From Chloroflexota bacterium (GTDB lineage: Bacteria; Chloroflexota; Anaerolineae; UBA4142), in assembly GCA_037440625.1 (NCBI GenBank), contig JBBITT010000001.1, positions 133,913 to 197,912 on the forward strand: 64,000 nt of DNA. Reading direction: 5' to 3'. Below, one piece after another: positions 1 through 8,705 of the stretch (the first letter of the stretch is position 1; every line of letters starts with the position of its first letter). The notes under the pieces were generated by a model. It did not search any database. It was not told the origin of the DNA and saw only the letters and a list, made by a program, of their open reading frames with translations. Made by a program: the position numbers and the translations under genes.

Positions 1-723
1 CGCTTTTTGGTCGGCGAAACGTTGGACGATCATATCATTGATCAAGCCGCTCTGCTCGCGATGCAAGCCGCGCGCCCCATTGATGATATTCGCGGCACCG
101 CCGATTATCGCCGCGAGATGGTGCGCGTGTTGGTGGCGCGCGCGTTGCGTCAATTGCGCGATGGGACGGAACGCGCCGATTTCCCAGCCACGCCGGTGAT
201 GTTGTGGGGCAAAACCGATGGCAGGTTCCAAGTTCAAGGTTCCAAGTTAAGGGTTGCAAGCCCGGACGTGATTGAGACGATTGTGAATGGCAAGCGATAT
301 GAGATTCGCGGTGCACACGATAAATCTTTGTTGCGTTTGTTGCGCGAAGACATCGGTTTGCAAGGAACCAAGGAAGGTTGCGCAGAAGGGGAATGCGGCG
401 CGTGCACCGTGTTACTCGATGGCATCGCGGTGATGAGTTGCCTTGTCCCGGCGCCACGCGCGCACGGTGCCGAAATCGTAACGGTTGAAGGATTGCAGCA
501 CGACGATCGTTTGCATCCCTTGCAACAAGCGTTCATCGAAACGGGTGCGGTGCAATGCGGTTATTGCACGCCGGGTTTCATTATGAGTGGCGCCGCTCTG
601 TTGGATGAACAGCCGCACCCCACGCGCGACGATATTCGACACGCGCTTACCGGAAACTTGTGTCGCTGCACCGGCTATTATAAAATCATCGAGGCGGTGG
701 AGCGCGCGCTTTTGACGCAATGA
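1..723 (+). CDS. CoxM/XdhB-type FAD-binding subunit C-terminus fused to CoxS-type [2Fe-2S] subunit (5' partial)
   Basis: Frame is open to the window edge. [13 protein letters not shown] matches the C-terminal CO-dehydrogenase flavoprotein domain. [11 protein letters not shown] and CGYCTPG...CRCTGY are the two [2Fe-2S] motifs. Confidence 0.8.
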   Translation, partial: RFLVGETLDDHIIDQAALLAMQAARPIDDIRGTADYRREMVRVLVARALRQLRDGTERADFPATPVMLWGKTDGRFQVQGSKLRVASPDVIETIVNGKRYEIRGAHDKSLLRLLREDIGLQGTKEGCAEGECGACTVLLDGIAVMSCLVPAPRAHGAEIVTVEGLQHDDRLHPLQQAFIETGAVQCGYCTPGFIMSGAALLDEQPHPTRDDIRHALTGNLCRCTGYYKIIEAVERALLTQ

Positions 724-1253
724 TCGAGTGGATGTGGCGTGCGCTGTTGCATCCATCGTTGAGTGTGTTTCAAGACGCGCGTGCCCATGCGAACCTTGGA
801 CACGTGATCACTACGACACTCGCACTGGGCATCGTTACCGGTTTCATCGGTGGCATCCTCAATTTCATTTCTGTTGGCGATTCACTTGTCGAGGTGATTA
901 CGCTAACGCTCATCACGCCTTTTCGCTTGATGTTCGCACTCGTCGTGATGAACGCGTTGTGGCTGATGGTGTTACGCCCAATGGGTGCGCATGGCGATTT
1001 TGCAACGCAAACTTGGTTGAGCGCGTTAACAATGATGCCGATGATCGCATTGGCAAGTTTGCTCGCCGCGATTCCAACGATCGGTGCGGTGCTGGCAATC
1101 GGTGCGCTGGGGTACGGGAGTGTGGTGAACGCGTTTGCCTTGCGCGTAGCGCACGCCGAGTCATTATCGCGTGCATCGAACTTGGTTTTGGCGGCAGTGT
1201 CGTTGAGCGGCGGCATTTTGGGCTGGCTCGCAATGTCGAGTATTCCGCAATAG
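720..1253 (+). CDS. Polytopic membrane protein (Yip1-like topology)
   Basis: ATG overlaps the upstream stop (ATGA at 720-723). About 5 hydrophobic helices. Family assignment is weak. Confidence 0.5.
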   Translation: MIEWMWRALLHPSLSVFQDARAHANLGHVITTTLALGIVTGFIGGILNFISVGDSLVEVITLTLITPFRLMFALVVMNALWLMVLRPMGAHGDFATQTWLSALTMMPMIALASLLAAIPTIGAVLAIGALGYGSVVNAFALRVAHAESLSRASNLVLAAVSLSGGILGWLAMSSIPQ

Positions 1254-1263
1254 GAGGTGAGCA

Positions 1264-1770
1264 ATGCGCGTGGTGCAAACAACCTTTGGACTAGCCCTGG
1301 TCCTGTTTGGCGGCGTGCTGGTCTTGCTCACGAGTGGAATGATTACGTTGACGCTGCTGGGATTTGTAGGCATCTCACTGGTCTTGAGCGGATTGGTGTT
1401 TAGCGTGGCGGGGATCGCATCGCGTAAACAAATGGTGTGGTTGACCGTGCTTTTTGTGCCGGGCGCGCTCGCATTTGCGATGGGTGGAGTCTTGATGTAC
1501 ACTGAGAGTGCCGGTGTCCAAGCATGGGCGTACTTGTGGACCGTGCCGGTCATTGCGTTGGGCTTGGCTTTCCTGGGAATGTATTGGCTTGGTCCGCGCG
1601 TGGGGTGGTTGCGTTGGATCGGTACGCTCATCGGCGGCGTGGGCGTTTTGTTGTTTGCCTTGTTTTTCACCGCACTCTCGCCAGAGCCATTCGCGCGCAT
1701 CATTGGGCCCGCGGTGTTGATTGGACTAGGTTTAGTGTTTGCGGTCGGTGCGCTGGTACCGCAACGCTGA
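1264..1770 (+). CDS. Hypothetical polytopic membrane protein
   Basis: GGAGG at 1253-1257 precedes the ATG. Sequence is almost entirely hydrophobic helices. No recognisable motif. Confidence 0.5.
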   Translation: MRVVQTTFGLALVLFGGVLVLLTSGMITLTLLGFVGISLVLSGLVFSVAGIASRKQMVWLTVLFVPGALAFAMGGVLMYTESAGVQAWAYLWTVPVIALGLAFLGMYWLGPRVGWLRWIGTLIGGVGVLLFALFFTALSPEPFARIIGPAVLIGLGLVFAVGALVPQR

Positions 1771-1787
1771 TTCACGGAGGAATCGAA

Positions 1788-2132
1788 ATGGACGAGTTAC
1801 AACGCACGACAAACAAAAAGTTGGAAACGGTTGCGTGGGGCGCGTTCTTTATTTGGTGGGGTGTCACTGCGTTGCTGACCTTCTTGCCAGCGGGCATCAA
1901 CACCATCGGTATCGGGTTGATCTTGGTGGGCTTGAACGTGGCGCGCTATTATCTCCAAATCCCCACCAGCGGTTTTACCATGGTGCTGGGTGTCATCGCG
2001 TTGGTGCTGGGTGGCTTTGAGTTCATCAAAACCGTGTTTGCTTTGCCCTTCCAGGTGGATGTATTGCCGATTTTGCTGATCGTGTTGGGGGTTGTCCTGC
2101 TCGGACGTGAATTGATGCGCGGGAGAGACTAG
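1788..2132 (+). CDS. Hypothetical small membrane protein
   Basis: In-frame ATG at 1788 with GGAGG at 1777-1781 (the ORF-track start 1524 overlaps the previous gene). 3-4 TM helices. Confidence 0.5.
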   Translation: MDELQRTTNKKLETVAWGAFFIWWGVTALLTFLPAGINTIGIGLILVGLNVARYYLQIPTSGFTMVLGVIALVLGGFEFIKTVFALPFQVDVLPILLIVLGVVLLGRELMRGRD

Positions 2133-2134
2133 GG

Positions 2135-2374
2135 ATGCCAAAAGCCAAACCAGAATCGTTTGAAAAACTGTTTGCCGAACTAGAAGAAACGATTGCCAAA
2201 CTGGAAGCCGGCGATCTCTCGCTCGATGAATCGCTGGCACTGTATCAACGCGGAATGGAACTCGCCAAGCAATGTGGTGATTTACTCGATCAAGCGGAAT
2301 TGCGCATCAAGGTTCTAGCGCCGCAAGGGAACGAATTGATCGAAGCCGATTTAGACGAAGCAGAAGAGGACTAG
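2135..2374 (+). CDS. xseB: Exodeoxyribonuclease VII small subunit
   Basis: 79 aa. FEKLFAELEETIAKLEAGDLSLDESLALYQRGMELAKQC is the typical XseB helical hairpin. Confidence 0.85.
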   Translation: MPKAKPESFEKLFAELEETIAKLEAGDLSLDESLALYQRGMELAKQCGDLLDQAELRIKVLAPQGNELIEADLDEAEED

Positions 2375-2385
2375 TACGCGAGATT

Positions 2386-2826
2386 ATGGACGAGTTTTTT
2401 TCGAATCGTGTATTGCAAGCCATTTTTATCCCATGGGCAATCGCACAAATTTCTAAACCGATTATCGAGTACATTCGCAAGCGTAAACTGAATTTGCGTT
2501 TGCTGACGACCGCCGGCGGAATGCCCTCGTCGCATTCAGCGTTGGTGTGCGCGTTGGCGGCGGCCGTGGGTATCCGCGAGGGTTTGTCTTCCACCTTGTT
2601 TGCGGTCGCCTTTGCGCTTGCTGTCATTGTAATGTACGACGCCGCCGGCGTGCGCCGCGCCGCGAGTATGCAGGCGCGGATTCTCAATCAAATCATTGAT
2701 GAACTTTTTCAAGGACATCCGATCAGCGAAACCCGTTTGCGCGAACTCTTGGGTCATACCCCCATCGAAGTGGTGGTGGGTGCGTTATTAGGCATCTTGG
2801 GTGCGTGGTGGTGGATGACGCGCTAA
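2386..2826 (+). CDS. Divergent PAP2 / DUF212 (YuiD-like) membrane protein
   Basis: GGMPSSHSALV, MYDAAGVRR and GHTPIEVVVGALLG are family hallmarks. Confidence 0.8.
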   Translation: MDEFFSNRVLQAIFIPWAIAQISKPIIEYIRKRKLNLRLLTTAGGMPSSHSALVCALAAAVGIREGLSSTLFAVAFALAVIVMYDAAGVRRAASMQARILNQIIDELFQGHPISETRLRELLGHTPIEVVVGALLGILGAWWWMTR

Positions 2827-2905
2827 CTTGCTTTGTAACCCGATTCTGACTTGGTTTGGACTGTCCCCGGTACACCCGCCGATTAAGATAACGAGGAACT
2901 GACAA

Positions 2906-2923
2906 CTAGTCACTAGTGACTAG
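2906..2923. promoter_or_regulatory. Perfect 18-bp palindrome CTAGTCACTAGTGACTAG upstream of the DUF362 gene (candidate operator)
   Basis: Self-complementary over all 18 nt, 23 nt upstream of the ATG at 2946. The RBS GGAGGTGAG follows it. Confidence 0.4.
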
Positions 2924-2945
2924 CGCCTAGTCTGGAGGTGAGAGT

Positions 2946-4007
2946 ATGCTTTCTCGCCGCGAGTTTCTACGATTATCTGTCCTCTATACCATCGGCGCGC
3001 TGACTGGCTGTACTTCACCGGCACTGTCGCCCACGTCAACAACACAACCGACCTCTGCGTCCACCGTTGTGCCAACGGCTACGTTGATTCCGCCAACCGC
3101 AACCCCCGTAGCGCGCGCCACCCCAGTGCTGACCTCGACGGCTGTCCCCGTTGTTGTTCCCACGATGACGGCGACGCCGATTCCGCCCTCCGCTGGGCAA
3201 CCCTATCTTGTGGTTGCACGCGGAGCAAGCCCTGCCGCCATCACCCGTGCCGCCATCGAGGCATTGGGGGGAATGCGCAAGTTTGTCAAGCCGGGCAATG
3301 ATGTGATTCTCAAACCCAACATCTGCAACGCGCAAAATACCTTCGAGTACGCCTCCACGACCAATCCCGAAGTGCTGGCCGAACTGGTACGCTTGTGTCT
3401 GGACGCCGGCGCCAAGCGTGTACGCGTGATGGATCAGCCCTTTAGCGGAACTGCCGATGCGGCTTATAAACGAAGCGGAATCAAAGAGGCGGTGGAAAAA
3501 GCCGGCGGTCAAATGGAAATTATGATGAACGCCAAATATGTCGAGACGCCACTGCCGAACGGACGCAGTCTTAAATCGAGCCGCATCTATCAGGACATTC
3601 TCAACGCCGATGTGGTGATCAACGTGCCGATTGCCAAACATCACGGCTCAGCCCAAGTGACGCTGGCGATGAAGGGCTTGATGGGGGTGATCTTGAATCG
3701 CAACGAGATTCATACCGCGCTCGATCAACGTATCGCCGATTTGAGTACTGTCATCAAACCGACCCTTCATCTTATTGATGCCGTGCGCGTCCTGATGTCG
3801 CATGGACCGACCGGCGGTTCGCTCGATTATGTGAGGATGGGCAACACGGTGATTGCCAGCCACGACCCGGTTGCCGCCGACGGTTATGCCGCGCAACTCT
3901 TGTTCAACAAAAGACCACCAGAGATTGGGTACATCAAGTTTGGTGCAGAGATGGGGCTAGGGCGGTACGACTTTGATCGGCTCGTCGTGAAAGAGGTAAC
4001 CGTCTAA
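2946..4007 (+). CDS. DUF362 domain protein with Tat signal, lipobox and PT-rich linker
   Basis: SRREFLRL twin-arginine motif, LTGC lipobox and a ~60-aa T/P/A linker. DUF362 hallmarks VILKPN, AKHHGSAQVTLAMKGLMG, MSHGPTGG, DPVAAD. Confidence 0.75.
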   Translation: MLSRREFLRLSVLYTIGALTGCTSPALSPTSTTQPTSASTVVPTATLIPPTATPVARATPVLTSTAVPVVVPTMTATPIPPSAGQPYLVVARGASPAAITRAAIEALGGMRKFVKPGNDVILKPNICNAQNTFEYASTTNPEVLAELVRLCLDAGAKRVRVMDQPFSGTADAAYKRSGIKEAVEKAGGQMEIMMNAKYVETPLPNGRSLKSSRIYQDILNADVVINVPIAKHHGSAQVTLAMKGLMGVILNRNEIHTALDQRIADLSTVIKPTLHLIDAVRVLMSHGPTGGSLDYVRMGNTVIASHDPVAADGYAAQLLFNKRPPEIGYIKFGAEMGLGRYDFDRLVVKEVTV

Positions 4008-4008
4008 G

Positions 4009-5553
4009 ATGCCGGCAACTCGTTGGCGACGTGCTCGCCAAATCACCCAACTCATCAGCGTCATCTTGTTTTTCTGGCTCGCCTTGCTCACCTTTCGCGA
4101 CGCCGCATCACTCATCCCCCTCGATCTATATTTCCGCCTTGATCCTCTGGTTGCATTCGCTGCGATGATGGCTTCACGCGCGATTATCCCGGCAATGTTG
4201 CTTGCACTGGCGATGATTGTCTTGGGCTTGGTATTGGGGCGCGCGTGGTGTGGTTGGCTTTGTCCACTCGGTGCCCTCCTGGATTGGTTTTCGCCGCGGC
4301 AGTGGCGTGTGCCGGAAACGTGGCGGACTTGGAAAGGGATCAAGTACGTTCTTCTCATCATCATTGCTTGCGCCGCGTTGTTGGGCAACCTCTCCCTCAT
4401 CATTTTCGATCCGATCACGATTCTCAATCGCACGTTCGGTAGCGTGGTGATGCCGGCGTTCAACGTCATTCTTGTTTCCATCGAGACGGCGTTGTATTCG
4501 ATTGTGCCACCCTTGCAACCGGTATTCGATCTCATCGAACAAAATTTCCGCGGCACGATCTTGCCGGCGCAACAAACACACTATCAACTGGGATTGCTCT
4601 TGGCGATTGTTTTTGTCGCGCTGGTTGGCTTGAACTGGGTCGTGCCGCGATTCTGGTGTCGTTATCTGTGTCCGCTGGGTGCGGTGTATGCATTACAAGC
4701 CAAAATTTCGTGGCTGCGCCCACGCGCCGTAAAAGCTTGCAGTCATTGCGCCGCGTGTATGCGGGCGTGCCCGATGGGCGCCATCGCTGTTACCAAACAA
4801 GGATTCAACGTTGACCCGGCGGAATGCGTGGTGTGTATGGATTGCGTGGTCGAATGTCCGGAATCGGTGATTGCGCTCACCTTTGGCGGCCGTCGCGAAC
4901 GGGATAGCGCGTCGTTCGATCTTTCGCGCCGGCATTTGATTGGGGGTGCGCTTGCCGGCGTGAGCGCGATTGCTTTGTTCAAATCGGCGCCCGCCGCGCG
5001 TCGCGACGATGCATGGTTGGTGCGTCCGCCTGGCGCGCGCGAAAATAATTTTCTGGCCAAGTGTATCCGTTGCGCCGAATGCACCAAAGTGTGTCCCACC
5101 GGCGGTTTGCAACCGAGTTTGTTTGAAGCCGGCTTGGAAGGATTCTGGTCACCGGTGTTGATCGCGCGGCTGGGGTATTGCGATTACTCGTGCAATGCGT
5201 GCGGACAGATTTGTCCTACGGGTGCCATTCCGCCATTGACGCTTGAGCAAAAACGTCAACAGGTCATCGGCATTGCGTACATTGATCAGCATCGGTGCAT
5301 TCCTTGGACTAGTTATCGTCCGTGCGTGGTGTGCGAAGAAATGTGTCCGGTGCCGGAAAAAGCCATTCGGATGGATGTGGTGGATGTGATAACACCGGAG
5401 GGCAAGCCCGTGCGCTTGCAACGTCCGCGTGTGGTGTACGATCTGTGCATCGGTTGCGGGATTTGCGAGTATCAGTGTCCGCTGGTTGGTCCCGCCGCGA
5501 TTCGGGTGTACGCGCCCACTCACTTGCCACCCATCACGCCTGTCTCATCATAG
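4009..5553 (+). CDS. NapH/MauN-like membrane polyferredoxin (multiple 4Fe-4S)
   Basis: Two membrane CxxxCP motifs (WCGWLCPLG, WCRYLCPLG). Six CxxCxxCxxxCP-type ferredoxin motifs. Starts 2 nt after the DUF362 stop. Confidence 0.8.
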   Translation: MPATRWRRARQITQLISVILFFWLALLTFRDAASLIPLDLYFRLDPLVAFAAMMASRAIIPAMLLALAMIVLGLVLGRAWCGWLCPLGALLDWFSPRQWRVPETWRTWKGIKYVLLIIIACAALLGNLSLIIFDPITILNRTFGSVVMPAFNVILVSIETALYSIVPPLQPVFDLIEQNFRGTILPAQQTHYQLGLLLAIVFVALVGLNWVVPRFWCRYLCPLGAVYALQAKISWLRPRAVKACSHCAACMRACPMGAIAVTKQGFNVDPAECVVCMDCVVECPESVIALTFGGRRERDSASFDLSRRHLIGGALAGVSAIALFKSAPAARRDDAWLVRPPGARENNFLAKCIRCAECTKVCPTGGLQPSLFEAGLEGFWSPVLIARLGYCDYSCNACGQICPTGAIPPLTLEQKRQQVIGIAYIDQHRCIPWTSYRPCVVCEEMCPVPEKAIRMDVVDVITPEGKPVRLQRPRVVYDLCIGCGICEYQCPLVGPAAIRVYAPTHLPPITPVSS

Positions 5554-5594
5554 ATGAGTTTTTGCATCGAGGTCGCTTTGACGAAGGTGAGCGT

Positions 5595-7529
5595 ATGAGT
5601 TTGCAGACAAAATTTGGTCTAGCCATCCTTGCCGTGTTTACGATCTTGGCGGTGAGTATCGCCATCGTCAGTTTTGTGTGGGTAGATCAAAATACCATTC
5701 GCGATGCGCAACAACGCGTTCAACTCTACATTCAAGGTAGTTGGGAAATCTACAACGCCAAACTAGAGCGAATGGAATCGGCTTTGGATATTCTGGCGCG
5801 GAACGATCAAATTCACGCGTTGCTCAAGAATCCCAGCGATACGGCGCTTGCCTTGAATGTTCGCGCGTCCTTAGAGTCCATTCGCCAATCGCAAAATATG
5901 GATGTGTTGAATCTGATGGACGCGCAGGGCAAGGTGGTTTTGCGCACGCGTCCGCCTTACAACAAGGGTGATTCGGTTACTGATGATCCGGTTGTCCAGC
6001 GCGCGATGACATCCCGCAAGAATAGCAGTGGCACGGTGATCTTGTTGCAAGATCGTCTAGTGCGCGGCGGCGATGGCTTGCTGGAACGTTGTTTGGAATT
6101 TGGCGGCGAACCGCGTGGAATGATGCTCACGGTTGCCGTGCCGATTATGGTGGACAATCAATTGATGGGCATCTTGCAGATTGGCAATTTGCTCAACGGT
6201 TCAGTGGATAAGGTGGATCGCATTCGCGACACGGTCTTTAAGAATGAAACGTACGCTGGCAAGCCGTTGGGCACGGCAACGATTTTTATGGGTGATCTAC
6301 GCATCTCGACGAATGTGCTCGATAGTCGCGGCAATCGTGCCATCGGTACGCGCGCCTCCTCCGAAGTTACCCAGCAAGTTTTGGTCAAGGGGCAACCGTG
6401 GACCGGGCGCGCCTGGGTGGTGGATCGGTGGTATCTGGCGCAGTATGATCCCATCCGCGATCCGAATGGTAATGTGATTGGCATGCTCTACGTAGGCGAG
6501 TTGGAACAAAAATATCTCGACCTGCGTACGCAAGCGTTGATCTTGTTCTTGTTAGTGATTCTTGCTGGGATGGTGGTGGCGTTGGCAATCTTTTTCGTGT
6601 TGGCACGCAACATTGTGACGCCGATTCATCAACTCTCGTACGCCACCAAGCGGATCGCCGAGGGGGATTTTGCGTACCGCGTGAATGGAGCGGTGAGTAC
6701 GACAACCCAAGACGAAGTCAAGAAACTAGCCATTGCGTTCGATGAAATGGCGGAACAGTTGCAACAACAACGCGAGCAAATCCAACATGATCATCAAGCG
6801 TTAGAGAAACTCAATCAAGAGTTGCAAACGACCAATCGCAATTATATGGAGATGCTGGGATTTGTCGCGCACGAACTCAAAAACCCGCTCTCGTCGGCGA
6901 TTCTGAATGTGGGGACGGTCAAAGATGGCTATGTGGGACCCGTAAATGAAAAACAAAAAGAAGCGTTGGAATCGGCGGCGCGCAGTCTGCACTATTTCAA
7001 GGAAATGATTGCCAACTATCTCGATCTCTCGCGTTTGGAAAAAGGCGAATTGGTGGTCGTGGCAACACCGACGAATCTGCACGCCGAGGTGATTCAGCCA
7101 GCGTTGGACAGTTTTGCGCGTGCCATCGCCGAAAAGAAGATGACGCTAGAGAATCACACCGCGAGCACCATCACCGTGAACGCCGATCGCAATCTGCTCC
7201 GCATCGTGTACGATAATCTCTTATCGAATGCCATCAAGTATGGTCGTGCCGGTGGGCGCATTGTGTTGGATGCTCAAGCACGCGATGGACAAATCGTTTT
7301 GAGCGTGTGCAACGAAGGCGAGGGAATTCCGCCGAACAAGGTGCCTTTGCTGTTCAAGAAATTTAGCCGCCTGACCGGTCCCGAGACTGCACGCAAAAAA
7401 GGAACGGGCTTGGGTTTATACATTTGCAAAGAGATTGTGGAAAAACATGGCGGCACAATTTGGGTGGAATCCCCGCCGGGCAAATGGACAAGTTTTCTGT
7501 TCACCCTGCCCGGCGGCAACGGAGCCTAG
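5595..7529 (+). CDS. Sensor histidine kinase (TM, Cache-like periplasmic domain, HAMP, HisKA, HATPase_c)
   Basis: ATG at 5595 with GAAGGTGAG RBS (the track start 5322 overlaps the polyferredoxin). H-box FVAHELKNPLSS; N and G boxes NLLSNAIKYG and GTGLGLYICKEIVEKHGG. No response regulator is adjacent. Confidence 0.85.
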   Translation: MSLQTKFGLAILAVFTILAVSIAIVSFVWVDQNTIRDAQQRVQLYIQGSWEIYNAKLERMESALDILARNDQIHALLKNPSDTALALNVRASLESIRQSQNMDVLNLMDAQGKVVLRTRPPYNKGDSVTDDPVVQRAMTSRKNSSGTVILLQDRLVRGGDGLLERCLEFGGEPRGMMLTVAVPIMVDNQLMGILQIGNLLNGSVDKVDRIRDTVFKNETYAGKPLGTATIFMGDLRISTNVLDSRGNRAIGTRASSEVTQQVLVKGQPWTGRAWVVDRWYLAQYDPIRDPNGNVIGMLYVGELEQKYLDLRTQALILFLLVILAGMVVALAIFFVLARNIVTPIHQLSYATKRIAEGDFAYRVNGAVSTTTQDEVKKLAIAFDEMAEQLQQQREQIQHDHQALEKLNQELQTTNRNYMEMLGFVAHELKNPLSSAILNVGTVKDGYVGPVNEKQKEALESAARSLHYFKEMIANYLDLSRLEKGELVVVATPTNLHAEVIQPALDSFARAIAEKKMTLENHTASTITVNADRNLLRIVYDNLLSNAIKYGRAGGRIVLDAQARDGQIVLSVCNEGEGIPPNKVPLLFKKFSRLTGPETARKKGTGLGLYICKEIVEKHGGTIWVESPPGKWTSFLFTLPGGNGA

Positions 7530-7614
7530 ATTTCGCATCTGTGCCGTCAAATAGACCATGTGGCTAGTCCAATCGGTCAGGCTAGCGTGCGAAAGCGAGT
7601 CTGAGTGAATGCAT

Positions 7615-7651
7615 CATCGGCGACCGATTCATCTCGGTCGCCGATGGTTTT
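7615..7651 (+). terminator. Intrinsic terminator between the convergent kinase and decarboxylase genes
   Basis: Perfect 13-bp stem CATCGGCGACCGA/TCGGTCGCCGATG with a 6-nt loop, followed by GTTTT. Confidence 0.7.
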
Positions 7652-8687
7652 AAAATAAATGCTCGTCGCTCAAGCGTGCGGCGCCGCCTGGCGCATTCAC
7701 CAACACCTGTTGCACATCCTCGATGCTTTGCGCAAGTTCGGCGACTTGGGGAGCATCTCTGGCTTCGCAAATCAAATGCACATTCGGTCCCGCATCCAAC
7801 GTGAAATAGACGGCGATGCCTTCCGCGCGCCAATGTTGCACGGCTTGAATGACCCGGACCATTCCCGGCGTCCAATAAAAAATGGGCGGCACCGAAGTCA
7901 TAGCAATCAAATGCAATTCGATTGCGTCTTCTTCGATGGCGGGTCCCAGCATCGCCAAATCTTTGCTGAGAATCGCACGCCGAACGCGATGAAAGCGTGC
8001 GGGCAAGGTACGGATGCGTTCCGTGAGAAAGTGACTGGTGTGTGCGGCGAGGTGCCCATCACTAGAGCCGATTTTCTTTTCCGTTGTGCTGACAATCGCG
8101 ATTACATCGCGCAAATCCCAGTGTTCCGGCGGAGCGATGCTCATCGCGTACGATTCCGCGCTAGACCCGCCGGCAATCCATTCGACAAAGCCGGCCGGAA
8201 TAGAACGGCACGCCGAACCGGAACCTTGACGTGCCAGGATAGATAATTCGCGTTCGGTCAGCGTTAACCCCGCGGCGTGTGTAGCGGCGAGCGAGAGTGC
8301 GGCAAACGCGCTTGCACTCGAAGCCATCCCCACGCCGGTGGGAAAACTATTTTGCGAATGCACTCGCGCTTTGATTTCGATTTTTGCCAGCGCGCGTACG
8401 CGATCGAGATGAGCGATCACACGCTTGGCGGTAACCTCGTTGGCTGGCACGCCGCCAACGATAACGTGATCTTCGTTGAGATTCGCATCAAACTCGACGG
8501 TGGTCGTTGTGGTCGCGTTACTCAAATTCATCGAAACGGAATCGTTGAGCGGGATGCGTAACGCCGCATCGCGATTGCCCCAGTATTTGATGAACGCAAT
8601 ATTCGAACAACTCAGCGCAGTCGCTTTAAGCATAGGTTTTCTGTCGCCTTGAGATTCTTGCAACAGTATACCATGCCCATCGTACAA
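7650..8687 (-). CDS. mvaD: Diphosphomevalonate decarboxylase family (possibly phosphomevalonate decarboxylase)
   Basis: NIAFIKYWGNRD, GMASSASAFAAL and GSGSACRS are GHMP-kinase/MVD motifs. An alternative start is at 8633 (MLKATAL). Confidence 0.85.
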   Translation of the reverse strand: MYDGHGILLQESQGDRKPMLKATALSCSNIAFIKYWGNRDAALRIPLNDSVSMNLSNATTTTTVEFDANLNEDHVIVGGVPANEVTAKRVIAHLDRVRALAKIEIKARVHSQNSFPTGVGMASSASAFAALSLAATHAAGLTLTERELSILARQGSGSACRSIPAGFVEWIAGGSSAESYAMSIAPPEHWDLRDVIAIVSTTEKKIGSSDGHLAAHTSHFLTERIRTLPARFHRVRRAILSKDLAMLGPAIEEDAIELHLIAMTSVPPIFYWTPGMVRVIQAVQHWRAEGIAVYFTLDAGPNVHLICEARDAPQVAELAQSIEDVQQVLVNAPGGAARLSDEHLF

Positions 8688-8705
8688 GACAAAATGCGGA
8701 TGTTT

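Noticed and set aside
2135-2374. xseB without an adjacent xseA as an anomaly
   Set aside because: xseA may simply lie elsewhere in the genome. This cannot be judged from the window.
5322-5594. Upstream extension of the histidine-kinase ORF
   Set aside because: It overlaps the polyferredoxin 3' end in another frame. The internal ATG at 5595 has an RBS and begins at the first TM helix.
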